A DNA stretch of 64,000 nucleotides from Ekhidna sp. (GCF_039960695.1 NZ_JBDVKP010000003.1:6010-70009), one strand, 5' to 3'. Numbered from the stretch's first letter, positions 10,193 through 21,724 are shown. Translations and numbers: made by a program. Notes: a model not told the origin generated them from the sequence alone.

Positions 10193-10924
10193 TTATTCCG
10201 CCGGATGATCTTCCCCAATAGCCACACCTATCTTCTTAACCAACACCTCCACTGAGTCATTTTCATAGTCAATAGCCAAAGGCTGACCAAACTTCAATGA
10301 AAGCTCAGTTCCTTTTTGTAGTTTCTTAAAGCCTGTTTTGTCAAACGCAGTTCGAAAACCATCTACCCGAACAGGAATTACAAGAGGTTTGTGTTGCTTG
10401 ATGAGGTGAGCTGTCCCCTTACGCACCGGCGCACCAGTTCGTGTAGTTCCTTGAGGAAAAGTGACCACCCAGCCATCCTTGATGGCCATACCAATGGATT
10501 TGGTATCGTCAGGGTTTACCTCTCGCTTAATCATCTCTTCACCTTTTCGCCACGTACGATCTACAGTGACAGCACCAGCTATCGCTAAAATGGGAGGTAA
10601 AATTCCTTTCTGCATTGTTTCTCGTGCTGCCACATAATAGACATTGACTTTAGGGTTTTTTAGAAAGCTCCAGTCATCAATAGAATCTATCTGTCCATTG
10701 AGTGCGGCAAACATGGCATGAAACATGGCAATCACATCCGTGAAAATCGTTTGGTGATTTGAAACGAACAGGACATTTTCGCCAGGAATTCCAGTCAATA
10801 CTTTAGTCCCAGAAACAACCACTTTATTAGGCTTCAGTAGGTACCAGAGAACCAAACGACCCACGGTCTGAAAGATCTTCTTCTTAATCCAAATGGGCTG
10901 ACCAAATACATTCCTTTTAGGCAT
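10193..10924 (-). CDS. lysophospholipid (1-acyl-sn-glycerol-3-phosphate) acyltransferase family protein
   Basis: It has an NHQTIFTD block resembling the acyltransferase H(X)4D motif (five residues lie between H and D here) and an FPQGTTR block resembling FPEGTR. Confidence 0.7.
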   Translation of the reverse strand: MPKRNVFGQPIWIKKKIFQTVGRLVLWYLLKPNKVVVSGTKVLTGIPGENVLFVSNHQTIFTDVIAMFHAMFAALNGQIDSIDDWSFLKNPKVNVYYVAARETMQKGILPPILAIAGAVTVDRTWRKGEEMIKREVNPDDTKSIGMAIKDGWVVTFPQGTTRTGAPVRKGTAHLIKQHKPLVIPVRVDGFRTAFDKTGFKKLQKGTELSLKFGQPLAIDYENDSVEVLVKKIGVAIGEDHPAE

Positions 10925-10989
10925 GATTATCTCAATTTCAGGATTCGAAATTAGTGAACCTACTTGTGAATGCGAGAAGATAAAAAGAA

Positions 10990-11011
10990 AACCCCGCTTT
11001 GCAGCGGGGTT
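10990..11011 (-). terminator. rho-independent terminator downstream of the first FtsX-type permease
   Basis: An 8-bp stem AACCCCGC/GCGGGGTT is followed on the minus strand by TTTCTTTTT. Confidence 0.7.
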
Positions 11012-11047
11012 AGCCCTAGTAGAGTAAGTTAGTGATCGGGCATTTCT

Positions 11048-13504
11048 TTATTCGGTGCGCAATGACTGCACCGGGTTTGTTTTTATTGTTCCCATTACTT
11101 TGGTGACGATGCTTAATAGCGCAAGCCCAACGACAAATGCAATCGGGATCACGATAAACCACCAGCCCAGGTCTATTCTGAAAGTATACTCTTGCAGCCA
11201 TCCGGACATGATCCACCAGGCAAGTGGTATACTAATTAGGCATGCAAAACCAACCAACATCATGTATTCCTTGGATAGTAGTAACAACAGGTTGTTGGCA
11301 GTGGCACCCAATACTTTACGAATGCCAATTTCTTTGGTACGTTGCTGAACACTAAATGAAGTCAGCCCAAATAATCCCAAACAGGCAATTAGGATAGCTA
11401 GTACAGAGAATCCGGTAAAGATTTTTCCAAAGCGGATGTCTTCTTTGTACTGCTCATCAAAAGCACTATCGAGGAAGAAGTAGTCCATTTGATAATCGGT
11501 AAACACATTGCCCCATTCAGCTTTCACGGTTTCCACCAGACCCGCCAACTGATCACTTTTTGAATCTGTATTGTTTTCATCAAGTCGGAGCTTAATGAAG
11601 TAATATTCTGTCCAGGAGCTTAGGATATAAGCAATCGGCGTGTAGTCATTGTGAAGGGACGTATGGTGATGATTTTCCATTACGCCTCGTATAGTCAATG
11701 GAGCATAAAACCCCTCGATTTCAGCGCCAATAGCGTCTTCCAGATTAGAGAAACCCAACATCTCTGCCAGTTTCTTATTTATCACCACATCGCCTTTGGT
11801 CCACGGATCATCACCTTTTCTTAGTTCTCTTCCAGCTATTACATCGATACCGAAAAATTGCGGAAAATCCAGGTCCATAGAAACAAGTCCGGTAGCTACG
11901 GTTGTTTCCTTTGACTGACTTTTTAAATAAAGACCAGCTTGCCACCCGACAGGTTCTCCTGGTATTTCACCCGCGTTGGTAATTTCTATGATGCCTGTGT
12001 AGCTCAATAACTCCGTTTTTAGGGTGTTGAATTTGGCGACATCTTCTCGGTCTTCAGAAGTAACATTGCCCGGAGGCGACTTGATAACCAGTATGTTTTC
12101 AATGTTGATTCCCAGGTCTGCCTCGCGCATATAGTTGATCTGGTTATATACCGTAATGGTTCCTGCGATTAAAATGAACGTGATCATAAACTGTACGAAT
12201 ACCATGCTCTTACGCATTTTCACGCCACCAACTTTTCCACGATTGCCAACCAGAATATTGACAATGTTCATGGTTTTTAGCAGGATGTAAGGATAAAAAC
12301 CGATAAGAAATGTACCTACTGCAATCAGCCCTGAGAGCAAAGCAAAGACTTGCATGTCAAGCAAGGCAGAAACCGGAAGTCCGGTCACTTCAATCAAATA
12401 TTTTTCCGCGGTTTGTGTCAATAGTATGGCCAAGCCAAAGGCGATGACATTCATTATAAAAGCCTCTAGGATGAATAACTGAGTGATTTGACGCATCGAG
12501 GAGCCCATGCATTTACGAATTCCCATCTCCTTCAATCTTTCCATGGTCCTTACAAGTGAAAGATTCATGTAGTTGATCCACGCAATCACAAGAATAATAA
12601 TTGCGATAAAGCTCAATACAAAAACAGTTTTACTGTCAACACTTTCTCCATATACCCATGGACTCTCTGCATTCAGATGTATGTCTGTCAGTGGTCTTAA
12701 ATAATAATCCACAGCATAACCGCTTGCTGCATAAGTCTCCTCAGAGTTTTCTTTGTGTAGTCTGGTAACGTCCTCCATTATTGCAGTTTGATCTGCATTT
12801 TCTTCTAGCAGGAGATAAGTGATAAGGCTACTCGATACCCAGCTGGTACGGGCTTTGGTATAATTATCCATGGATGGATAGGAGATGAGAAGCTCAAATT
12901 GAATGTGCGAAGCTTCAGGTATTTCCTCAATTATGCCTAAAAGCTCATATTCATGAGCTCCGGTATTTCCACTTAAGGTAAAAGTTTTGCCGATGGCTAC
13001 TTCCGGATCATCAAAATACTTTCTGGACGCCTCCAAAGTTAAGATGGCGGTCTGAGGTTCATCAAACCGGGTAGCGCTTCCGGCGATGAACTCATAATCA
13101 AATAGATCAAAAGTCCCTTTGTCCGCAATGAAAACACCTGGCTGCTCGAAACTTGCTAAGCGATCGCCATTTTTATAAATAATGGTGTTGTTGGCGTAGG
13201 TGTAATCATAAAAGCGTGCCACCTCTTTGACCAATGGGGATTGATCTCTTAAGGTTTCACCCATTAGTGAAGGTGCGGTAAAGGATTGGCCGAGCTCTTC
13301 ACCGTTTTTGTAAGCATCAGATTCCAGCCGATATATGCGATCCGCATTAGAATGAAATGCATCAAAAGAGGTGTGAAAGTTGACATACTGGGTGATAACC
13401 AGACAGGCAGCCATACCCAGCGCCAAACCAAAAATGTTGATGAAAGAAAAAACTTTGTTGTTACGGATTTGACGGAAAATCGTAATAAAATAATTTTTTA
13501 GCAT
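11048..13504 (-). CDS. ABC transporter permease, fused double FtsX/MacB-type (818 aa)
   Basis: It has an N-terminal TM, a large periplasmic domain, a TM bundle, a second periplasmic domain and a second TM bundle. The FtsX-like C-terminus ends ...NPVQSLRTE. It is a paralogue of 14942-17344. Confidence 0.8.
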   Translation of the reverse strand: MLKNYFITIFRQIRNNKVFSFINIFGLALGMAACLVITQYVNFHTSFDAFHSNADRIYRLESDAYKNGEELGQSFTAPSLMGETLRDQSPLVKEVARFYDYTYANNTIIYKNGDRLASFEQPGVFIADKGTFDLFDYEFIAGSATRFDEPQTAILTLEASRKYFDDPEVAIGKTFTLSGNTGAHEYELLGIIEEIPEASHIQFELLISYPSMDNYTKARTSWVSSSLITYLLLEENADQTAIMEDVTRLHKENSEETYAASGYAVDYYLRPLTDIHLNAESPWVYGESVDSKTVFVLSFIAIIILVIAWINYMNLSLVRTMERLKEMGIRKCMGSSMRQITQLFILEAFIMNVIAFGLAILLTQTAEKYLIEVTGLPVSALLDMQVFALLSGLIAVGTFLIGFYPYILLKTMNIVNILVGNRGKVGGVKMRKSMVFVQFMITFILIAGTITVYNQINYMREADLGINIENILVIKSPPGNVTSEDREDVAKFNTLKTELLSYTGIIEITNAGEIPGEPVGWQAGLYLKSQSKETTVATGLVSMDLDFPQFFGIDVIAGRELRKGDDPWTKGDVVINKKLAEMLGFSNLEDAIGAEIEGFYAPLTIRGVMENHHHTSLHNDYTPIAYILSSWTEYYFIKLRLDENNTDSKSDQLAGLVETVKAEWGNVFTDYQMDYFFLDSAFDEQYKEDIRFGKIFTGFSVLAILIACLGLFGLTSFSVQQRTKEIGIRKVLGATANNLLLLLSKEYMMLVGFACLISIPLAWWIMSGWLQEYTFRIDLGWWFIVIPIAFVVGLALLSIVTKVMGTIKTNPVQSLRTE

Positions 13505-13734
13505 GTCGAATTTGGTTTTGGATACTCTTTAAATGCCAATCTGTATGCCAAGGATTGTAAATACCAGATAATCAGTTATTTAAGTAAAATTCATCCAGAG
13601 ATATTGTGCGATAATGAACAAATATTTTTAAGATTCGAACAGAATATTCACATATCATCGTTCCAGTTGAGTATTTTCAAGTCCTTTATTTTGTTGGTCT
13701 TTTGATTTAGATCTAAATGAATGAAATTGGCACC

Positions 13735-14895
13735 ATGAAGAAGCTGATTATACTTTTCTGTCTAACACCGCTGGGATTGAATGCTCAAATAAAGTTTGAA
13801 AATTCATGGAAAGAAGCGACATCCAAAGCAAGGATGTCGGGTAAGCTTATATTCCTGGATGCGTATGCTGAGTGGTGTGAGCCATGTAAGGAGATGGAAG
13901 AGTACACATTCACCGATTTGGAAGTATCTAATTATTACAATTCCAATTTCATTAACGTTCACATGGATATGGAAGCTTATCCAGGTGTAGAGCTTGCAGA
14001 AGAGTATTCAATTGGAGTTTTTCCCTCTTATCTGTTTATCAATGGCAATGGAGAGGTGGTACATCGTGGATGTGGTGCCATGGATGCCAATCAATTTTTG
14101 AATTTAGGTGAAGATGCAATGGACGATAACGTAACCTTACTATCGATGGAAAATCGATTTGATCAAGGCGATCGATCAGCTGACTTTATGATCGATTATT
14201 TAGAATTGTTGGAAGATGCTTGCCTGGATGCAGAGCGGTTCGCTGCAGATTATTTGAATGGATTAGAGCTGAGTAACCTTGTAGAAGAAACGCCATGGGA
14301 GGTATTTGCTTCCTACCAATGGGATATTTACAGTAGAGAATTCCAGTACATGCTAAACAATCAAAAGATATACGAAGAAGCTTTAGGACAAAAGGTCGTT
14401 AATGCGAAGCTATACGATACCTACCTATCTCAATATCAGGAAGTATTTGAATCAGACGAACTCCATGATTTTGGAATGCGAGCATTACTTCACTCCTTCA
14501 AGGGGGCTTCATTTGCAGGAGCGGATACCTTGAGACTGATGATGAATCTCCACTATTCTGAGTACAAGGAAAATTGGAAGGATTATGCTGGATATGCGGT
14601 GGAACTCGTTGGTATGACTAATATAAGTGACCCAGAGCAACTCAACGAGCTGGCATGGAAATTTTACTTATTTGTACATAACAAAAGTCAACTGGAGATA
14701 GCCTCATCATGGGCAGCACAAGCGGTAGATCAGCAACCAGAGCCTTCTATCATTGACACATATGCTTCACTCCAGTTTAAACTCGGCAATAAGAAAAAGG
14801 CCATAGAGCTGGAAAAACGTGCACTAGCACTTGCCGAAGAACTGTATGATGATACTTCGCACTATGAGTATCAGCTGAAGAAATTTGAGAATTAA
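13735..14895 (+). CDS. secreted thioredoxin-fold protein with a helical repeat C-terminal domain
   Basis: It has the signal peptide MKKLIILFCLTPLGLNAQ and the CxxC motif WCEPCKEM in a thioredoxin-like N-domain. The track start at 13717 is also possible. Confidence 0.7.
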   Translation: MKKLIILFCLTPLGLNAQIKFENSWKEATSKARMSGKLIFLDAYAEWCEPCKEMEEYTFTDLEVSNYYNSNFINVHMDMEAYPGVELAEEYSIGVFPSYLFINGNGEVVHRGCGAMDANQFLNLGEDAMDDNVTLLSMENRFDQGDRSADFMIDYLELLEDACLDAERFAADYLNGLELSNLVEETPWEVFASYQWDIYSREFQYMLNNQKIYEEALGQKVVNAKLYDTYLSQYQEVFESDELHDFGMRALLHSFKGASFAGADTLRLMMNLHYSEYKENWKDYAGYAVELVGMTNISDPEQLNELAWKFYLFVHNKSQLEIASSWAAQAVDQQPEPSIIDTYASLQFKLGNKKKAIELEKRALALAEELYDDTSHYEYQLKKFEN

Positions 14896-14907
14896 GAAAT
14901 GAATAGA

Positions 14908-14932
14908 GAGCGCCTGATTCAATCAGGCGCTC
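14908..14932. terminator. bidirectional terminator hairpin between convergent genes
   Basis: A perfect 10-bp stem GAGCGCCTGA/TCAGGCGCTC closes a 5-nt loop. Confidence 0.6.
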
Positions 14933-14941
14933 ATTGTAATA

Positions 14942-17344
14942 TTATTCGTCTCTCAATGAATTGACAGGATTGGACAATGCTGCATTGATCGATTTGTAGC
15001 TAACCGCTACCATCGCCACAATAAGAGCTCCTAGCCCCGCAAATACATATACCAGCAGATTATCTATACCCCAAAGGTCAATCCTGTACTGGAAATCGCT
15101 AATCCAATTTTTTACGAAGTAGAATGCGATCGGCCAGGCAATAATGTTTGCCAGGATGATCAGCAATACAAATTCTTTCATTAGAAGCTGTACAATCTGA
15201 CGGATCGTAGATCCAAGTACTTTGCGCACACCAATTTCCTTTTTGCGTTGCTCTACCATAAAGAAGGAGAGGCCAAATAAACCAAGAGCAGATATCACGA
15301 TGGAAAGGCCAGTGAAGGTATTCACCAGACTGGCAAAGAGCTCGTCTGAAGCGAAGATCTCGTCAAATTCCTGATCGAAAAATTGATAGTCAAATGGATA
15401 ATTTGGAAAAATACTATTCCATTCAGCCTCAAGAAAGTCTAATGTGCCTCTGATATCTGTTGTACTCACTTTCACCACCAGTGTATTGTTTGGTCCGGGA
15501 TTGTAGAAAATCATCAGTGGTTCGATCTTGTGCCGCATACTGGAGAAGTGAAAATCTTTGATTACTCCAATCACTTTGCGGGTTGTATTATTTTGACCGA
15601 ATACCAGATTTTTCCCAACTGCCTCATCCCATCCAAGTGACTCCATCATGGCTTCATTGATGATAATTGATTCTTGCCGATCAGAACCAAAACTGGGGTC
15701 GTAATTTCTACCTGCAGCCATTTCCATTCCCATGGCATCTACATAATGCTCATCCATTGACATGACGCTTACAATCCACGGCTCGTCCTGATTGCCTCCT
15801 TCCACGTTTACTACAGACCTTCCAAAAGTATTTCCGGGCATGTTATTCGAGTAGGCTGTGGCGGTGATATTGGTGTTGCTCTCGAGGAGTTGTTTATAGC
15901 TATCCATTCCATCTGCAAGTCCGGGATCACCAATGTTGATATTTACTAGTTGCTCTTTTTCAAAGCCCAGGTGCTTGTTTTTGATGTAGTCTATTTGCTT
16001 TGATACAATGAGCGTTGTACAAATCATTCCAATTGCAGCTACGAATTGCAGTACCACTAGTGTTTTTCTGAGCCAAATGCCTTTTGAGCTTGTTTGAAAC
16101 CTGCCTCTTAAGATGTTTACTGATTTGATACTTGAAAGAATGAATGAAGGATAAACTCCTGCTAATACTCCAATTAGAATTGCGAGAAGTAAGTAGCCAA
16201 CAAGTAGTTGGGGTGTATTACTTACCAAAGTTGCAAATTCGATGTTTAAGCTTAAATCTGTTGAAGTAGTTATCATACCAACGACTCCCAGTGAAACCAA
16301 CATGGCAATAACAGCCATCAAAACTGATTCGATCATGTGCTGGCTTATCAACAAAGCCTTCGAACTACCAACCACTTTTCTTATGCCAACTTCCTTGGCT
16401 CTGGTAGTGGATTGTGCTGTGGTCAAGTTGACAAAATTGAAAGCTGCGATGAGCAGTATAAAGAGAGCGACTCCCGAAAGTGCATACACGTATACTTGAT
16501 CTCCTTTTTCAATATGATAGTAGTCAAACAAGATGCCGGCCGAACCAAGGTGGATTTCTTCTAGCGGTTGAAGTTGTGGGATCCAAAAGTCGTTCACATC
16601 ATTTGCGAGAGCGATATCAGCCATCTTTCTTTCTACTTCTAATTCATCTGCACCATCTGCTAATACAGCATAACCTAACATTCCCAAACCACCCCATGAG
16701 TCGATGTATTGAGCAAAGGAGGAATCAGACTGTGCCGGGTATAAAGACATTAGTGCGTCAAAACCTAGATGTGAATTCTGTGTGATATCGTCCATTAATC
16801 CTACCACTTGCCATGATTGATCATTGATGGTCAATACCTGCCCAATGCTTTCCTGATCCTGACCAAAGACTTTTTTAGCATAGGCTTCAGTGAGGATCAG
16901 TTTGTGCGGTTGATTAAACTTTTCAAGTGTTTCTTCACGGTTTCTGAGAGGTAGGTCAAAGATTTCGAAGAAATCATTTTCAACATACAGCGCGTACTCC
17001 GAATAGTATCCCTGATCATCTTTTTCCATGCGCTGCTCGCCGGCATACATCATCCGAGAAGCAATTTCTATCTCGGGAATTTCGGTTTCTGCTGCTTCTG
17101 GCATTCTTGGATTTGAGATTGCCACTTGGTTGCTTGTGACACCGAGCGCCTCGTCTATGGTCGTGAAACGATAGATCCTACTGGACTTGGAATGCCATCT
17201 GTCGTACGAAATTTCATTGTAAACAAATAGCGAGAGGATGACAAAAGTAGAGAAGCCTAAAATCAAGCCTAAAGCGTTGATTGATGTCGAAAGTTTGTTT
17301 TTCCTGAAGCTTCGTAAGGCAATGAGAATGAATGTCTTTAGCAT
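14942..17344 (-). CDS. ABC transporter permease, fused double FtsX/MacB-type (800 aa)
   Basis: Its architecture matches 11048-13504. The termini are homologous: MLKTFILIALRSFRKNK at the N-terminus and NPVNSLRDE at the C-terminus. Confidence 0.8.
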   Translation of the reverse strand: MLKTFILIALRSFRKNKLSTSINALGLILGFSTFVILSLFVYNEISYDRWHSKSSRIYRFTTIDEALGVTSNQVAISNPRMPEAAETEIPEIEIASRMMYAGEQRMEKDDQGYYSEYALYVENDFFEIFDLPLRNREETLEKFNQPHKLILTEAYAKKVFGQDQESIGQVLTINDQSWQVVGLMDDITQNSHLGFDALMSLYPAQSDSSFAQYIDSWGGLGMLGYAVLADGADELEVERKMADIALANDVNDFWIPQLQPLEEIHLGSAGILFDYYHIEKGDQVYVYALSGVALFILLIAAFNFVNLTTAQSTTRAKEVGIRKVVGSSKALLISQHMIESVLMAVIAMLVSLGVVGMITTSTDLSLNIEFATLVSNTPQLLVGYLLLAILIGVLAGVYPSFILSSIKSVNILRGRFQTSSKGIWLRKTLVVLQFVAAIGMICTTLIVSKQIDYIKNKHLGFEKEQLVNINIGDPGLADGMDSYKQLLESNTNITATAYSNNMPGNTFGRSVVNVEGGNQDEPWIVSVMSMDEHYVDAMGMEMAAGRNYDPSFGSDRQESIIINEAMMESLGWDEAVGKNLVFGQNNTTRKVIGVIKDFHFSSMRHKIEPLMIFYNPGPNNTLVVKVSTTDIRGTLDFLEAEWNSIFPNYPFDYQFFDQEFDEIFASDELFASLVNTFTGLSIVISALGLFGLSFFMVEQRKKEIGVRKVLGSTIRQIVQLLMKEFVLLIILANIIAWPIAFYFVKNWISDFQYRIDLWGIDNLLVYVFAGLGALIVAMVAVSYKSINAALSNPVNSLRDE

Positions 17345-17528
17345 AGTCTTTTGAGTTTGAGTCAGATCAAGCTAGCGACATTACTCGCTCAGAACAATAA
17401 TGGTTACATAAATGGATTTGGTTTGGGATGGAGGGTGTTAAAAAAATGTTAAAATAGAGATTGATCCTACAGAAGCAACCTTTGTCTAGCAATTGACATC
17501 AATCCAAGTAAATACAATCGAATTAGAA

Positions 17529-18194
17529 ATGGAAGAGGCTTTACGAATTATTCACATCGTTTCCGGAACTGTAGCTATCATTGTCGGCTTTGGTTCAATT
17601 CTTCCTAAGAAAGGAAGTAAATGGCACAGGTCGCTTGGAAAGGTTTTTTTCTACTCAATGCTAGTCATGGCTGGTCTCGCTAGTTTCTTGGCAGGAGTTT
17701 ATACTCACGAGAAGATCAACCTGGTCATAGGTTTATTTACGATGTATTTAGTTATTACAGCATACTGGTCAGCTAAGAATAGTCGTAATATTAAGAGCAT
17801 CAGCAGAGTGAGTGCTAGCATTTCTGCAATATTATTTGCTGCTTTTTTGTTTCTTTCAATCAATGCATATCAAAGTGGGGAGGCAATACTTGAAGGAGTA
17901 TATGTCGAGGCATTTTATGTATATCTGGTGTTGTCGCTTCTTGCCTTATCCTTAGATATTAAAGTTTCAATTTATGGTATAAAAGGAGCGCAACGAATAG
18001 CAAGACACCTGTGGCGAATGCTGCTAGCATTATTTATTGCTTCAGGGTCGTTATTTATGGGCCAACCTCAAGTTTTCCCAAAAGCAATTAGAGACTCGGG
18101 AGCATTAATTGCACCCGTCTTAATTGTAATCTTAAGCTTATTCTATTGGTTAATTAGGGTTTATGTGGGAAGGCGGTTTCGTGTAGGTAGATAA
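17529..18194 (+). CDS. integral membrane protein of unknown function (about 6 TM)
   Basis: The ORF is hydrophobic throughout. I prefer the ATG at 17529 (MEEALRIIHIVSG) to the TTG at 17493. Confidence 0.6.
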   Translation: MEEALRIIHIVSGTVAIIVGFGSILPKKGSKWHRSLGKVFFYSMLVMAGLASFLAGVYTHEKINLVIGLFTMYLVITAYWSAKNSRNIKSISRVSASISAILFAAFLFLSINAYQSGEAILEGVYVEAFYVYLVLSLLALSLDIKVSIYGIKGAQRIARHLWRMLLALFIASGSLFMGQPQVFPKAIRDSGALIAPVLIVILSLFYWLIRVYVGRRFRVGR

Positions 18195-18198
18195 AAAA

Positions 18199-18219
18199 AG
18201 CCTACTCACAGAGCAGGCT
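18199..18219 (-). terminator. rho-independent terminator of the sdhCAB operon
   Basis: An imperfect 9-bp stem (AGCCTaCTC/GAGcAGGCT) is followed on the minus strand by a T7 run, which is the complement of 18193-18199. Confidence 0.6.
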
Positions 18220-18240
18220 TCTAGTAAAGTTTCATCAAGT

Positions 18241-19002
18241 TTAGCTAATGCCGCTTTTGAGGTATTCTCGGTTCATTCGTGCAATATTTTCAAGGGAGAT
18301 TCCTTTTGGACATTCCACTTCACAAGCACCAGTGTTGGAGCAGTTTCCAAAACCTTCTTCGTCCATTTGCTTCACCATGTTTTGAACACGCTCTTTAGCT
18401 TCTACTTTTCCTTGTGGCAAAAGAGCAAGCTGAGATACCTTGGCGGATACAAATAACATCGCGGATGCATTCTTGCACGTAGCCACACAAGCACCGCATC
18501 CTATACATGTTGCAGCATCGAAAGCCTTGTCAGCATCATGCTTGTCAATAGGAATTGCATTCGCGTCTTGTGTATTACCTGATGTATTTACACTAATAAA
18601 CCCACCAGCATTCATCACGCGATCAAATGCACTTCTATCAACTACCAGGTCTTTAATTACGGGAAATGCTTTAGCTCTCCACGGCTCAACATACACGGTT
18701 TCTCCGTCCTTGAATTCACGCATGTGCAATTGGCAAGTAGTTATTTCCTCACCCGGACCATGTGCCTCGCCATTGATAAACATGGAGCAGCTACCACAAA
18801 TACCTTCGCGGCAATCGTGATCAAAAGCTACAGGCTCTTTGTCTTCGGCGATTAGTTGCTCGTTCAATATGTCCATCATTTCAAGAAAAGAGCTGTCCGG
18901 CGAAATGCCAGAAACCTGATAGGTTTCCATTTTGCCTTTTTCCTTATCGCTTTTCTGTCTCCAGACTTTCAGTGTTAAGTTCAATCCTTCTGTTGCTGAC
19001 AT
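18241..19002 (-). CDS. sdhB: succinate dehydrogenase/fumarate reductase iron-sulfur subunit
   Basis: Three Cys clusters are present: [22 protein letters not shown] and [14 protein letters not shown]. Confidence 0.93.
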   Translation of the reverse strand: MSATEGLNLTLKVWRQKSDKEKGKMETYQVSGISPDSSFLEMMDILNEQLIAEDKEPVAFDHDCREGICGSCSMFINGEAHGPGEEITTCQLHMREFKDGETVYVEPWRAKAFPVIKDLVVDRSAFDRVMNAGGFISVNTSGNTQDANAIPIDKHDADKAFDAATCIGCGACVATCKNASAMLFVSAKVSQLALLPQGKVEAKERVQNMVKQMDEEGFGNCSNTGACEVECPKGISLENIARMNREYLKSGIS

Positions 19003-19008
19003 AATATC

Positions 19009-21018
19009 TTATTTATAAGAACGTGTTTTCAGTTCTATGTTTTCGTATTTCAAATCCTCTTTGTGAAGCTTAGCTTTTGATGGTTCTCCTGTATATTCCC
19101 AGGCTGCCACATAGGTAAAGTTTTTATCGTCACGCATAGCTTCACCTTCTTCGGTTTTATATTCCTCTCGGAAATGACCACCGCAAGATTCTTTTCTTTC
19201 CAGCGCATCCCTCGCAAATAGTTCACCTAATTCCAAGAAATCAGCCACTCGGCCAGCTTTTTCAAGCTCTTGATTTATGCAGTCAGCAGTTCCCGGTACA
19301 CTTACTTCTTTCCAGAACTGCTCACGTATTTCCTTTATCTCTTCTATAGCTTCTTTCAAACCCTTTTCATCTCGAGCCATTCCTACTTTATTCCACATGA
19401 CTTTCCCAAGTCGCTTGTGGAAATAATCTACAGAGTGCTTACCCTTGTTGTTTATAAAGAAGTCAATTTGATCGTTTACAGCTTTTTCGGCTTCCTCGAA
19501 TGCTTTAGAGTCTGTAGAAATTGCACCCGTTCTGATGTCATCTGCTAAATAATCACCAATAGTATAGGGAAGAACAAAATATCCATCTGCAAGTCCTTGC
19601 ATCAAGGCAGAAGCTCCCAGTCGGTTGGCTCCATGGTCTGAGAAGTTTGCTTCACCAATGGAATAGCAACCTGGAATAGTTGTCATTAAATTATAATCAA
19701 CCCAAACACCACCCATCGTATAGTGAACCGCTGGATAGATCTTCATTGGTGTTTGATATGGATTATCAGCTGTAATCTTCTCATACATCTGGAAAAGATT
19801 GCCATACTTGGCTTCTACAACCTTGGTACCTAATTCTTTGATCTCTTTCTCTGAAGCGTTGTGATGACCTTTTATATTAGCTTCTTCCTGCCCATATCTC
19901 ATGATCGCCGAGCTGAAATCCAGGTAAACTGCTTCGCCTGTTTCATTTGTCCCAACTCCAAACCCTGCATCACATCGCTCTTTAGCAGCTCTTGATGCAA
20001 CATCTCTTGGAACCAGGTTGCCAAATGAAGGGTATCTTCTTTCTAAATAGTAATCACGATCTTCCTCTTTCAGGTCCGTTGGCTTCATTTTGCCAGCTCT
20101 GATCGCTTCGGCGTCTTCTTTTTTAGCCGGTACCCAAATACGCCCATCGTTTCGCAAAGACTCTGACATCAGTGTTAGTTTTGACTGCTGATCACCATGC
20201 TGAGGAATGCATGTTGGGTGGATCTGCGTGTAGCACGGATTGGCGAAAAAAGCGCCTTTTTTATGAATTTTCCATCCTGCCGATACATTCGATCCCATCG
20301 CATTTGTAGAAAGGAAGAACACATTCCCATACCCTCCAGATCCGATCACCACCGCGTGTGCTGAGTGTCTTTCTAATTCTCCAGTCACAAGGTTTCGAGC
20401 AATGATGCCCCTGGCTTTTCCATCGACCATTACCAAATCCATCATTTCATGACGATTGTACATGGTGATTTTTCCCTTTCCAATCTGACGGGACATAGCG
20501 GAATAGGCACCTAACAGAAGTTGCTGACCAGTTTGTCCCTTGGCATAAAATGTTCTTGAAACCTGGACGCCTCCGAATGATCGGTTATCCAGTAATCCAC
20601 CATAGTCTCTTGCGAAAGGAACTCCCTGCGCGACACATTGATCAATAATATTTGTGGATACCTCAGCCAATCGATAAACGTTAGCTTCTCGTGATCGATA
20701 ATCTCCACCTTTTACAGTATCATAAAATAATCGATAGGTAGAATCACCATCACCCTGATAATTTTTTGCGGCATTAATACCGCCCTGAGCAGCAATTGAA
20801 TGCGCCCTTCTTGGAGAATCCTGGTAGCAAAATGCTTTCACGTTGTATCCAAGCTCTGCGAGAGTTGCCGCAGCAGATCCCCCAGCCAGTCCCGTTCCGA
20901 CTACAATAATGTCAATGGAACGCTTATTGGCAGGATTTACAAGACGAATATTGTTTTTATGATTGGTCCACTTTTCAGCTATCGGACCTTCTGGTATTTT
21001 AGAATCTAATGTTGACAT
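19009..21018 (-). CDS. sdhA: succinate dehydrogenase/fumarate reductase flavoprotein subunit
   Basis: It has the FAD-binding motif [12 protein letters not shown] plus [14 protein letters not shown] and [10 protein letters not shown]. It is 669 aa, the Bacteroidetes type. Confidence 0.95.
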   Translation of the reverse strand: MSTLDSKIPEGPIAEKWTNHKNNIRLVNPANKRSIDIIVVGTGLAGGSAAATLAELGYNVKAFCYQDSPRRAHSIAAQGGINAAKNYQGDGDSTYRLFYDTVKGGDYRSREANVYRLAEVSTNIIDQCVAQGVPFARDYGGLLDNRSFGGVQVSRTFYAKGQTGQQLLLGAYSAMSRQIGKGKITMYNRHEMMDLVMVDGKARGIIARNLVTGELERHSAHAVVIGSGGYGNVFFLSTNAMGSNVSAGWKIHKKGAFFANPCYTQIHPTCIPQHGDQQSKLTLMSESLRNDGRIWVPAKKEDAEAIRAGKMKPTDLKEEDRDYYLERRYPSFGNLVPRDVASRAAKERCDAGFGVGTNETGEAVYLDFSSAIMRYGQEEANIKGHHNASEKEIKELGTKVVEAKYGNLFQMYEKITADNPYQTPMKIYPAVHYTMGGVWVDYNLMTTIPGCYSIGEANFSDHGANRLGASALMQGLADGYFVLPYTIGDYLADDIRTGAISTDSKAFEEAEKAVNDQIDFFINNKGKHSVDYFHKRLGKVMWNKVGMARDEKGLKEAIEEIKEIREQFWKEVSVPGTADCINQELEKAGRVADFLELGELFARDALERKESCGGHFREEYKTEEGEAMRDDKNFTYVAAWEYTGEPSKAKLHKEDLKYENIELKTRSYK

Positions 21019-21030
21019 GCCTCTTATTTC

Positions 21031-21699
21031 TTAAAGGGAATTGACATAATGAAAAATGGCGATGAAGATGAATCCAACAGGAATCAAAATCGCGTAAGCG
21101 CGACCAATTTTTTGAATGGCCGGAGTGTATTTGTCGTGGTGAGCACCCGTTGATTGAAACGCAGATTGAAATCCGTGTAATAGATGCAACGCAAGAAACA
21201 CAAATGATAGACAATAAACTATTACGCGCCCTGGGCTGGTAAACATATGAACCACTTCGTCATAGTACCGGTTTGGATCCTCAGGTTTTACTTCAATGTA
21301 TTTGTAGTTCATTTCCGGAATCCAGAAGTCATAAAAGTGGAAACCAAGAAAGAATAGGATGAATAGTCCACTCCAAATCATGTTTCTGGACATCCATGAA
21401 GAATTGGCTGCTCCGTTATTCTTCGCATACTTCACTGCACGTGAATTACGATTCTTGATCTCAAGAATGAATCCCATGATAAAGTGGAAAGCCACTCCAA
21501 ACATAAGAATTGGCTGCATCACAAACTGTATGAACGGATTAGTACCCATAAAATGGGACAACTCGTTAAATGTCTCTTCACTAAAAACGGATGTGAAGTT
21601 GATACTGAAATGCTGCAATAGAAATATGATCAGGAATAGCGCAGAAAGCGCCATAGCAAATTTTCTACCAATGCTGCCTGAAAAAAGTTGCTTGCTCAT
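21031..21699 (-). CDS. sdhC: succinate dehydrogenase/fumarate reductase cytochrome b subunit (Bacteroidetes type)
   Basis: It is a 5-TM His-rich membrane protein immediately upstream of sdhA and sdhB. Confidence 0.8.
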   Translation of the reverse strand: MSKQLFSGSIGRKFAMALSALFLIIFLLQHFSINFTSVFSEETFNELSHFMGTNPFIQFVMQPILMFGVAFHFIMGFILEIKNRNSRAVKYAKNNGAANSSWMSRNMIWSGLFILFFLGFHFYDFWIPEMNYKYIEVKPEDPNRYYDEVVHMFTSPGRVIVYCLSFVFLALHLLHGFQSAFQSTGAHHDKYTPAIQKIGRAYAILIPVGFIFIAIFHYVNSL

Positions 21700-21724
21700 T
21701 TATTTAAGGTTATTGGATTTGTGC

